Below are positions 38,698-47,041 of a DNA stretch of 64,000 nt, piece by piece. The stretch is from an uncultured Bacteroidota bacterium. GTDB lineage: Bacteria; Bacteroidota; Ignavibacteria; Kryptoniales; Kryptoniaceae. Each line of letters begins with the position of its first letter. Position 1 is the first letter of the stretch. Both the position numbers and the translations under genes were made by a program. The notes below the pieces were generated by a model. The model saw nothing but the letters and a program-made list of their open reading frames with translations, made no database searches and was not told the DNA's origin. The stretch is taken from assembly GCA_964593475.1 (NCBI GenBank), contig CAZQJI010000001.1:3168-67167 (forward strand), read 5' to 3'.

Positions 38698-39435
38698 ATG
38701 CAAGCAAATCAAATATATCGCGTTGAATCTGAATGCGTCACAAGATATTATGTCTGGGATGCGGTTGTGAGGGTAAGTCATTGGTTAAATGTAATTGCGG
38801 TAGGCGTGTTGATATTTACCGGATTTTACATAAGCACTCCTTTTTACCGGCCAACCGTAGATGAACCATTTGGTGCAACTGTTATGGCAACGATGAAAAA
38901 TTTACACTTCCTCTTTGCTGTAATTTTCACATTGAATGGTTTGTTCCGTGCTTACTGGTTTTTTGCTGGAAATACATACCGTCAGTGGTTTAGATTCCAT
39001 ATCTGGAAAGCTGATTTTTGGAAGGAAGCGTGGTGGAAATTGAAAGATTATATAACTTTGAGATACACTGATTATGAACTTCATACTCTCGGACATAACA
39101 CGCTTGCTACATTAACTTATGTGATTGTTTTTCTTGCTGCCTCTGTTCAGGGGTTAACAGGTTTCGCTATGGCTGGTAAAATAAATCCAGGTGGCTTTTT
39201 TGATACACTTTTCGGATGGGTTATACCTCTCTTTGGTGGTGAGGCAAATGTTAGAATGATTCACAAAATGATAATGTGGGGAATTATCGGATTTATGATC
39301 CATCATATCAGCTTTGTTATTTATCTTGAAGTTTTCAGAGAAAAAGGTATGCTTTCATCAATGATAACGGGACTTAAAACGAGACCTCTGGGATGGGAAC
39401 CTGTTGAAAAGCCATGGGAGAAAAAAGAGAAATGA
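38698..39435 (+). CDS. hyaC: [NiFe] hydrogenase cytochrome b subunit
   Basis: YVWDA.VR.SHW, NLHF, GHN.LA, RMIH, IHH..V. Confidence 0.9.
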   Translation: MQANQIYRVESECVTRYYVWDAVVRVSHWLNVIAVGVLIFTGFYISTPFYRPTVDEPFGATVMATMKNLHFLFAVIFTLNGLFRAYWFFAGNTYRQWFRFHIWKADFWKEAWWKLKDYITLRYTDYELHTLGHNTLATLTYVIVFLAASVQGLTGFAMAGKINPGGFFDTLFGWVIPLFGGEANVRMIHKMIMWGIIGFMIHHISFVIYLEVFREKGMLSSMITGLKTRPLGWEPVEKPWEKKEK

Positions 39436-39902
39436 AAATTGCAGTTCTCGGCATAGGGAATCCATTGCTTGGAGATGATGGTTTCGGTGTTGAAGTTGTT
39501 AAGAAACTTTCGCAAACACTGGGGGAATCGCCAGATGTTGAAATTATTGACGGCGGTTCCCTCGGTATTTATCTTTTACCCTATCTTGAAGATAAAACAC
39601 ATCTTATAGTTGTTGATGTTGTAAACTTTGGCGGAAAGCCCGGCGAAATTGTAAAATTTAAACTTGAAGATATCCCATCGTATATCTCGCTTAAAGTTTC
39701 TGAACATCAGATAACTTTCCACGAAGTTATAGCATTGATGAATCTTCTGGGTATAAAGCCAGTTGAAAATTTAGTTATAGGTGTTCAACCAAAGAACAAT
39801 AAATGGGGGGATAGTATGAGCGATGAAATTCGCACTGCGATAGATAAAGTTATTGATGAGGTTAAAAAGCAAATTGAAATGTGGAGGTCAGATGCAAACT
39901 GA
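39432..39902 (+). CDS. hyaD: Hydrogenase maturation endopeptidase
   Basis: VLGIGN.LLGDDGFG, IDGG..G, LIVVD, S.HQ; ATG overlaps cytochrome b stop. Confidence 0.92.
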   Translation: MKIAVLGIGNPLLGDDGFGVEVVKKLSQTLGESPDVEIIDGGSLGIYLLPYLEDKTHLIVVDVVNFGGKPGEIVKFKLEDIPSYISLKVSEHQITFHEVIALMNLLGIKPVENLVIGVQPKNNKWGDSMSDEIRTAIDKVIDEVKKQIEMWRSDAN

Positions 39903-40272
39903 TTTAAGGAATGCGATTTTTCTTTTGAATGAAATAAAACACGCATTGATTGAACTTAAAGAAAAGGGTGAGAAAAAGACCATAAATTTGAGCAACTTTC
40001 CTCTCTCTTACGATGAAGCGAAATTTCTTGATGAATTTCTCGGACGAGGAGGCGTTAAAATTATTTATGAAAGCTCTGAACTCACCGTTTGGCAGGAGAC
40101 GAAAATTTCCGGGGTCTGGTGGGGTGAGTATAGAAATTCTGCTGGTAAAATAGTTTTAAGAACGATTGAGATCACTTTCTTCCCTGAACTTGCAATGTCG
40201 CAAGTTGAAGATATAGAGGAGGGGATAAATACACTTGATGAAACTTTGAGCAGATTGAAATTTGAAATTTAA
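39892..40272 (+). CDS. Hydrogenase expression protein, HupH/HyaF C-terminal domain
   Basis: INL..FPLS..E..FL...LG.G.V, ET...GVW...Y.N......L.TIEIT..P pattern; position after maturation protease. Confidence 0.8.
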   Translation: MQTDLRNAIFLLNEIKHALIELKEKGEKKTINLSNFPLSYDEAKFLDEFLGRGGVKIIYESSELTVWQETKISGVWWGEYRNSAGKIVLRTIEITFFPELAMSQVEDIEEGINTLDETLSRLKFEI

Positions 40273-40303
40273 AGAAACAATTTTTATATTTATAACTGAA
40301 AGA

Positions 40304-40376
40304 GGCGACGTACCCAAGTGGCTAAGGGGGCGGTCTGCAAAACCGCTATTCCTGGGTTCGAATCCCAGCGTCGCCT
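40304..40376 (+). tRNA. tRNA-Cys(GCA)
   Basis: Acceptor GGCGACG/CGTCGCC, anticodon stem GCGGT/ACCGC with loop CTGCAAA, T arm CTGGG-TTCGAAT-CCCAG, U73; CCA not encoded. Confidence 0.95.
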
Positions 40377-40408
40377 CAAAAAATTTTTAAATAAAAAGAG
40401 ATGATACA

Positions 40409-40600
40409 ATGGCAAATATCTGCGCCATATGTGGCAAGAGACCGATAACAGGACACAGAATAAGCCACGCCCATAACCTCTCAAAAAGAAGATGGTTGCC
40501 AAATCTCCAAAGAGTAAGAGCAGTAATTGACGGCGAAGTAAAAAGAATCAAGGTCTGCACAACCTGCATTAAACTCGGGCGCGTTCAAAAACCAGCTTAA
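40409..40600 (+). CDS. rpmB: 50S ribosomal protein L28 (Zn-ribbon form)
   Basis: CAICGK....G..ISHAHN.SKRRW.PNLQ...VCTTCIK. Confidence 0.95.
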   Translation: MANICAICGKRPITGHRISHAHNLSKRRWLPNLQRVRAVIDGEVKRIKVCTTCIKLGRVQKPA

Positions 40601-40603
40601 ACT

Positions 40604-40629
40604 ATCCCGACCCCGCGTCGGGATTTTTT
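40604..40629 (+). terminator. Intrinsic terminator after rpmB
   Basis: ATCCCGAC-cccgc-GTCGGGAT followed by T-run. Confidence 0.8.
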
Positions 40630-40638
40630 GTTTTAATT

Positions 40639-41046
40639 ATGAGCGAAAAATTTATAATCCCACTTTCCATACTTGGATTTTATATCTCGCTTTATTTTAC
40701 ACTTGTAAATTATAATCTTATCCATCCTTCAAAGTTTCCAATCCCAAAAGTATGCAAGCTTTCTGAAAACACCTGTCAACTTATCATCAAAACTAAATAT
40801 GCAAGGTTATTCGGACTTCCAAACTTTGTTTACGGACTGATTTATTACTTGATGTTGATTGTTTTTGTTATTTCGGGCGCAAGTGGTTATATTAAAATAG
40901 CATTTCAAGTTATTTCGGTGTTCATTGTTGTTCTTGGAATTTATCTTTCGTATGTTCTCATTCGGGTTTTGAAGGTTAACTGTATTCTTTGCTTTTTAAG
41001 CCACATTGTTAACTTTTTGATTGCAATTTTAATTTTTTTAAAATGA
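40639..41046 (+). CDS. Vitamin K epoxide reductase (VKOR) family protein
   Basis: 4 TM helices, C-x6-C loop, YARLFGLPN..YG, C-terminal CILC. Confidence 0.85.
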   Translation: MSEKFIIPLSILGFYISLYFTLVNYNLIHPSKFPIPKVCKLSENTCQLIIKTKYARLFGLPNFVYGLIYYLMLIVFVISGASGYIKIAFQVISVFIVVLGIYLSYVLIRVLKVNCILCFLSHIVNFLIAILIFLK

Positions 41047-41062
41047 AATTCTTTCGGGTTAA

Positions 41063-42007
41063 ATGGAGAAACTGGGACTAATTTACCACGAGAATTACCT
41101 GAAACACGACACCGGGGCTGGGCATCCTGAGAGAAAAGAGAGATTGATCGCAATAGTTGAACATCTAAAAAAATCAGATTTAAATGATAAAATTGAATGG
41201 ATCACTCCGCAAATCCGGGATGATATTGAAAGATGGGTTTTAAAAGTTCATACACCAAGACATTTTGAGTTTGTTAAAAGTTCAATTGCAAAAGGAATAA
41301 GATTGCTTGATTTTGGAGATACTTATGTAAGCAGGGATTCATTTGATGTCGCACTGCTTGCTGTTTCAGGAGTGATTGAAGGGATTGATAAAATTTTCAA
41401 GGAAAATATGAAAAAAGTTTTTTGTGCATTAAGACCACCGGGACATCATGCAGAAAGCGATAGAGTTATGGGTTTTTGTCTTTTTAATAATGTTGCAATT
41501 TCAGCAAGATACGCTCAAGAAATTTACGGTGTTGGAAAAGTTGCTATAATTGATTGGGATGTTCATCACGGCAACGGGACGCAGGAGATATTTTATGATG
41601 ATCCAACGGTTCTTTACATAAGTTTGCATCAATATCCATTTTATCCAGGAACTGGTTCAAGGGATGAAAAGGGAACAGGTAAAGGTTACGGTTTTACATT
41701 GAATTTCCCCATGCCTGCTGGTTCAGATGACGATGATTATCTTAAAATCTTCGGCAATGAAATAGTCCCGGCACTTGAGAAATTTGAACCTGAACTTATC
41801 ATCATATCAGCCGGGTTTGACGCCCATCGTGATGACCCGCTTGCTGGAATGGCTTTGACTGAAAACGCCTTCTCAAAAATGACCGAGCTAACTAAATCCG
41901 TCGCTGTGAAATTTTCGGATGGCAGAATTTTATCAGTGCTTGAAGGAGGATATAATCTTCAAGCGCTTGCTCGTTCAGTTGAAGCACATTTAAGGTCACT
42001 TCAATGA
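41063..42007 (+). CDS. Histone deacetylase/AcuC family Zn-dependent deacetylase
   Basis: HPE..ERL, RPPGHHA, GFCLFNN, DWDVHHGNGT, SAGFDAH..D, LEGGY. Confidence 0.95.
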   Translation: MEKLGLIYHENYLKHDTGAGHPERKERLIAIVEHLKKSDLNDKIEWITPQIRDDIERWVLKVHTPRHFEFVKSSIAKGIRLLDFGDTYVSRDSFDVALLAVSGVIEGIDKIFKENMKKVFCALRPPGHHAESDRVMGFCLFNNVAISARYAQEIYGVGKVAIIDWDVHHGNGTQEIFYDDPTVLYISLHQYPFYPGTGSRDEKGTGKGYGFTLNFPMPAGSDDDDYLKIFGNEIVPALEKFEPELIIISAGFDAHRDDPLAGMALTENAFSKMTELTKSVAVKFSDGRILSVLEGGYNLQALARSVEAHLRSLQ

Positions 42008-42091
42008 AAGTGATTTGAATCACATTCTTGGGTGGTTTAATTCTTTTAAATTTGAAATAGAACAAAAACTAAAATCCAAGGCGAAAGTAAA

Positions 42092-44179
42092 ATGCGAAAA
42101 CAATTTTTTATTTTTACAATCCTACTTATTCTTTTTTTATACGGCTGTTTTGAAAAACCATCGGAGCCGGTTTTGCCAACTTGGGATGTTGATCTAACGG
42201 TTCCGGTTTTTAACCGAACATTTACGCTTGGCGAACTTGTTAAGAAGGACACGACATATCTCAAAGTTGGCGCAGGGAATCAGATTTACTATTCTACTTC
42301 TCAAAATCTTACCGCAACGAAGGTTGGCGATAACTTAAAAATCTCTGATATTTCAACTTCTGCATCAACGCAACTCGGAAATTTTGAAATTAAAAATCCC
42401 GGGACAATAAGCGCAAAAGTTACTGTAGGACAGATTTTCCCGAGTTTATCCGATAATATCCCGCCCGGGAATTACATTATCCCCTCAAACTCGCCCGGAC
42501 AAACTATCTCTACAAATTTCACTGCATTTGAGAACTTTCAATCAGTTACATTTGATAACGGGATTTTGAAAATTACTATTGTAAATAAATTGCCTGTGCC
42601 TTTGCAATTTCCGGGTGGATTAAAAATTTATGCACAATCTGATCCATCAACGCCGATAGTTACAATATTTAAAGACAGCACGGTTGAGGCAAATTCTCAG
42701 AAGACCGCGGAAGTATCTCTTGCAGGAAAAACTTTGCCGGCAAATCTTGGTTTAACGGTTACAGTTCTTTCTCCAGGAAGCGGTGGAAATCCCGTTTATC
42801 TTAATGTTGATTCAATGTTTTTGAATGTATCAGCCGGGCTTGAAAATTTGAGTATCGCTTCTGCTTCGGCAAAAATCCCAAGCCAGACCGAGCCGGTTGT
42901 AATTGATGATTCTTTTATACTTGAACCGAATGAACCACAGCCAGATTTGATCAATGAAGCAACATTCAAAAGCGGAGAATTGAACATAAAAATTGTCAAT
43001 AACATTGACCTCGGACTTAATGGAACTTTAACGCTTTATAATTTCGTGAATAAGTCAAACAATTCACCGTTGCAGATTTCGCTTAACATCGGGAGAAAAA
43101 ATTCCACTTCAAATGTCGTTAATCAAATCATAGACCTTGCAAATTATAAAATTGTCGGAAATAACTCAAATCAAATTTCATATCGTGTTGAGGTCCGCAC
43201 CGAAGACACAGGAAATGAATACAGGTTGATAAGTAAAAACGATGGTTTAAGCGCTGAAATAACTTTAAAGAATCTTGTGATTGAATCAATTTCTGGAAAA
43301 GTTAAGCCAAGGGAGATAAATTTTAAAGAACAAAAAATTGTTCTTTCTGGGTTGAAAGATTACAGGGAGAAGTTTAGCGGTAGATTGAGATTTGATGATG
43401 TTCAGGTTGAGGTAAATCTTTTCAAAACTGTTCAATTTACTTTTGATTTGAATCTGAAAATTAAAGCTTTTAACACAAGAACGGGCAAAGTTGATTCGCT
43501 TGAAATTCCAATTCCGATTGATCAGCGAAGATTTTCCGGCACATCTCACCGAATTGTTTTGAACAAAAACAACAGCACAATCGTTAATTTCATAAATTCA
43601 TTTGCTGAGACGGAACTTCCAGAGTCTCTGACTGTTTCCGGTTATGTTTTCTTGAATCCTAATTATGAAACAGGGCAAGTTTCTTCAACAGATTCAATTT
43701 ACGGGAGCGTGTCAATAAGTTTTCCTGCAAGTTTTGGATTATCAAACGCTGAATTTAGAGACACGAGCGAAGTTGAGGAACTTTCTGAGGAAACGAAAAA
43801 GCAAATTGATAAAGCAAATTACGGGAAGTTGTTTGTTGAGATTGAAAATGGGATTGGAGTTGAATTAAAGTTTAGGGCAGTTTTGTTCGGTTTCGTTATG
43901 GATTCGCTTCTTTCAATTCCAAAATCAAATGGCTTCGTCGTATCTTCGGCACCGGTTGATAACAACGGATTTTCAACCGGGATGACAAAATCTGTCAATG
44001 TGATAGAACTTGACAAAAACGATATCCAGAAATTTAAAGATATGAAATTTATTCGTTCGTTTTTTTTATCGCTTGCTACTTCCGGGAATGGTACTGTTGT
44101 TAAGTTCAGGACAACTGATTCAATCAGGGTGAAAATTTATGGAAGGTTAAATTACAAAGTTGAATTCGCAAACAAATAA
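42092..44179 (+). CDS. Large beta-rich lipoprotein of unknown function
   Basis: Lipobox LYGC; recurring G.L.I.I.N..P/G strand motifs; 5-bp gap to downstream barrel gene. Confidence 0.65.
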   Translation: MRKQFFIFTILLILFLYGCFEKPSEPVLPTWDVDLTVPVFNRTFTLGELVKKDTTYLKVGAGNQIYYSTSQNLTATKVGDNLKISDISTSASTQLGNFEIKNPGTISAKVTVGQIFPSLSDNIPPGNYIIPSNSPGQTISTNFTAFENFQSVTFDNGILKITIVNKLPVPLQFPGGLKIYAQSDPSTPIVTIFKDSTVEANSQKTAEVSLAGKTLPANLGLTVTVLSPGSGGNPVYLNVDSMFLNVSAGLENLSIASASAKIPSQTEPVVIDDSFILEPNEPQPDLINEATFKSGELNIKIVNNIDLGLNGTLTLYNFVNKSNNSPLQISLNIGRKNSTSNVVNQIIDLANYKIVGNNSNQISYRVEVRTEDTGNEYRLISKNDGLSAEITLKNLVIESISGKVKPREINFKEQKIVLSGLKDYREKFSGRLRFDDVQVEVNLFKTVQFTFDLNLKIKAFNTRTGKVDSLEIPIPIDQRRFSGTSHRIVLNKNNSTIVNFINSFAETELPESLTVSGYVFLNPNYETGQVSSTDSIYGSVSISFPASFGLSNAEFRDTSEVEELSEETKKQIDKANYGKLFVEIENGIGVELKFRAVLFGFVMDSLLSIPKSNGFVVSSAPVDNNGFSTGMTKSVNVIELDKNDIQKFKDMKFIRSFFLSLATSGNGTVVKFRTTDSIRVKIYGRLNYKVEFANK

Positions 44180-44184
44180 AATAG

Positions 44185-45927
44185 GTGAATAAAATGAAGT
44201 TTAAAACACTGATCATAGTTTTGCTTATCTCATTTACATTAGCACTTGGCGGAGATGACAGGGCAAATGTTCGTGGAGTTGGGATGGCTGGTGCGACAAC
44301 TGTTACAAGCAGGACAATTGACGCCATAGGTGTTAATCCGGCTTTACTTGGTTATATGGGAATTGCACGTGGTTCGGAATTGAAAGGCAAAATCGTTGAT
44401 TCACAAACACGACAACCGATCCCCGGGGCTCGTGTTACAATCAGAGATTTGAATTTAAATACACGCGCAAATTTCAGCGGTGAATTTTCTTTTAAAGATG
44501 TCCCGCCCGGAACCTACACACTTGTTGTAACACAGAAAGGTTATGAAACGCTTGTGATAAAAGGTTTAAGGGTTAATCCCAACTCAAGAATTACTGGAAC
44601 GATCCCGATTTCAATTTCTGAAGAAACGGGTAAAGAAACCGTTGTTGATTTTAGAAATCTTGGATTTGAAATTAAAGAGAGCCGTCCAATTATTTACAAT
44701 GATAACAGCAGCTTCACAATGAGCTTGATCCCGCAAATTGGTGCTGGAATCGAGATTAACTTTTTGGGTTACAATCTTTATCTTGATTACTTCACGGGTG
44801 TTGATAGCGCCGGTCAAAAAGTCGCAAGGCATTTGAGCGATGCCGATAAACAGAAAATCCTTGATTCATTTGATGAAAATCTCGGCACTTTTCTCGGGCA
44901 AGTTGATGTGAAATTGATTAATTTTGCTTTTCGTGTCAAAAGCGTTGGTGTTGCAGTCGGTGCAAGGGAAAGAATTTTTTCACGATTCGGTCTGCCAAAA
45001 GATTTTATGCGATTTATTCTTTATGGAAATACGCCCGGTTCCGTGTATTCATACGATGTTGGGATAGGTGGAGCGTGGTTGAGAGAATATTCTGTTTCCG
45101 TTGGAACAAAAATACCATTTGATCTGATTGCGGTGAAAAACATCAATGTTGGGCTTGGTGTTAAGTTTATCCAGGGCTTTGGGTATACTGAAACCGATGG
45201 GCTAAATCTCACGGTTGAGACCGCCGATTCCACGCGAGGATATGAGATGACCGCAAGTATGAAAGGTGTGATCAAAAGAGCCGGGGTTGATTTCCTTGGC
45301 CCCGATAAAAAAGCTAAATTTACACCTTTCCCGACACCAGCTGGAACGGGACTTGGTTTTGACATAGGGGCAAGTGCAGAAATTTTGGGTTTGTTTGTCG
45401 CTGGAATAAGTATAACGGATATCGGCTCGGTTAACTGGACAAGAAATGCGGTTATAGTTTCCGGCGATACAACTTTTAAATTTTCTGGATATTCAACACA
45501 GAAAAAACTTGACAGCTTGAAGCAAAGTTTTAAGGATTATGTGAATAGAAAAAGATATGAGAGTTTTTCATCGGGTCTTCCCACTGCGTTAAGATTTGGG
45601 GTTGCAACAGATCTGAAAAATTTCTTGCCTTTCTTCCCCGGTCGTATGTTAATTTCTGCGGATTATTTCCAGCCGATTGGAAACGAGAAGATAATGTTTA
45701 AAAAACCAAAGCTTGCTCTCGGAATTGAATGGCGTTTGATCGGATTTTTACCTTTAAGAGCCGGAATCTCGCTTGGTGGATTTAAAGGATTTGCGCTTTC
45801 CGCCGGAACCGGAATTAATCTTCCATTTCTTGAGTTAAACTTTGCCATGGGTCATCTCAATCAAGTAATGTCTGGTGGCGATTTAAAACATTTCTCAATC
45901 GCAACGGAGTTGCGATTGAAATTTTAA
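44185..45927 (+). CDS. Outer-membrane barrel (FadL/DUF5723-like) with inserted carboxypeptidase-regulatory-like domain
   Basis: RGVGMAGA...NPALLG hatch motif, G.G.G.D.G and D.G...W barrel motifs, LPLRAG, terminal F; insert GKIVD..T..PIPGA.V....G.FSF..VPPGTYTL.V...GY. Confidence 0.7.
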   Translation: MNKMKFKTLIIVLLISFTLALGGDDRANVRGVGMAGATTVTSRTIDAIGVNPALLGYMGIARGSELKGKIVDSQTRQPIPGARVTIRDLNLNTRANFSGEFSFKDVPPGTYTLVVTQKGYETLVIKGLRVNPNSRITGTIPISISEETGKETVVDFRNLGFEIKESRPIIYNDNSSFTMSLIPQIGAGIEINFLGYNLYLDYFTGVDSAGQKVARHLSDADKQKILDSFDENLGTFLGQVDVKLINFAFRVKSVGVAVGARERIFSRFGLPKDFMRFILYGNTPGSVYSYDVGIGGAWLREYSVSVGTKIPFDLIAVKNINVGLGVKFIQGFGYTETDGLNLTVETADSTRGYEMTASMKGVIKRAGVDFLGPDKKAKFTPFPTPAGTGLGFDIGASAEILGLFVAGISITDIGSVNWTRNAVIVSGDTTFKFSGYSTQKKLDSLKQSFKDYVNRKRYESFSSGLPTALRFGVATDLKNFLPFFPGRMLISADYFQPIGNEKIMFKKPKLALGIEWRLIGFLPLRAGISLGGFKGFALSAGTGINLPFLELNFAMGHLNQVMSGGDLKHFSIATELRLKF

Positions 45928-45932
45928 AAATC

Positions 45933-45962
45933 AAAGGCGAGCCAGTCAGCTCGCCTTTTTTA
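45933..45962. terminator. Likely bidirectional terminator between convergent genes
   Basis: AAAGGCGAGC-cagtca-GCTCGCCTTT with flanking A/T runs. Confidence 0.8.
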
Positions 45963-45965
45963 TTT

Positions 45966-46823
45966 TCACCGCTTTATCCCCTCAAACGGAATTGAAAGCG
46001 TGAAGCGTCTGAATAAAAAGTGCTGATTTATCTGCTGATTTGAATTAAATGTTTGTGCAAGTTTTGCGGTCTGACTCGGGTTAAGCTTATAATCAATGAG
46101 TGTAATTTTTTGACCTTCTGATTTAAATGTTGTGTCTGCAAGTAATGGAACAATTAATCTTGTTGTAAGTGGGTCAATTTGGTTTTTCACCATACCGATT
46201 CCAGATGTGAAATACCAGCGAATTTTTCCTGAAATTGTCAAACTTGAACCGGGTATTTGATCAATTTTTCCATTGAAATTAATATCCCAGTCATATCGTT
46301 GTGCTTGAACAGTTTGATTTTTTATCGTGATGCTTTCACCAGCGCCTCTATTTGCGACGACGCTTAAAGTTCCACTTGCTGTTAATCCGTTTGCGGTATC
46401 AATGTTAATTTTAATCTGTTGATTTAAAATAGTCCAGTTTGGACTTGCAGGGTCAACCCACAAAATCCATCTTCCCGAAAGCGAATCAAATGGAGCGCCA
46501 ACAGACGGGAAATAAATGTAATATTTCCCGCCATCTTTTGAAACATACCACAAACCAGTAAGAGATGAACCCACATATTCAGAAATCTCATATGCTTGCT
46601 TTCCAGCGACAATTTTTTGTCCCGTCACAACAGAAGAATCCCTCCAGGACGTCCCGGTTTCATTACCATTTACATCAAGCGTCACGCCATTATAAATCCA
46701 GTAATTCCCAATTGCAAGCGGGATTAGTTCTTGAACCGCAGTTGGTGAAGTTATATTATCTTCTTTTTTGCAAGCGCTGAGGATAAAAATCAAGCCAAGG
46801 ATAAATAAAATTTTTAATCGCAT
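45966..46823 (-). CDS. Hypothetical lipoprotein
   Basis: ATG at 46823 after AGGAGG; lipobox LSAC; PLAIGNYW.Y and W...GIG.VK motifs typical of FCB-group lipoproteins. Confidence 0.7.
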   Translation of the reverse strand: MRLKILFILGLIFILSACKKEDNITSPTAVQELIPLAIGNYWIYNGVTLDVNGNETGTSWRDSSVVTGQKIVAGKQAYEISEYVGSSLTGLWYVSKDGGKYYIYFPSVGAPFDSLSGRWILWVDPASPNWTILNQQIKINIDTANGLTASGTLSVVANRGAGESITIKNQTVQAQRYDWDINFNGKIDQIPGSSLTISGKIRWYFTSGIGMVKNQIDPLTTRLIVPLLADTTFKSEGQKITLIDYKLNPSQTAKLAQTFNSNQQINQHFLFRRFTLSIPFEGIKR

Positions 46824-47041
46824 GGTGTCCTCCTTTAATTTTTTGTTTTTCAATTAAAAATTAGTTTTAGCGGTTAAATATGTTTGTGTTCAAAATCACA
46901 CTCATCGGGAACAGCAATGGATTGTAGAATTTGCACCCGGAATTTTGCAATCTTCGTTGCATTGATTTAATTTTGTTAAGTTGAAACTGATTTTTCATTT
47001 TGCCGTCTTTTAAAATAAAAAACAAATTTCGGAGGAATCAA

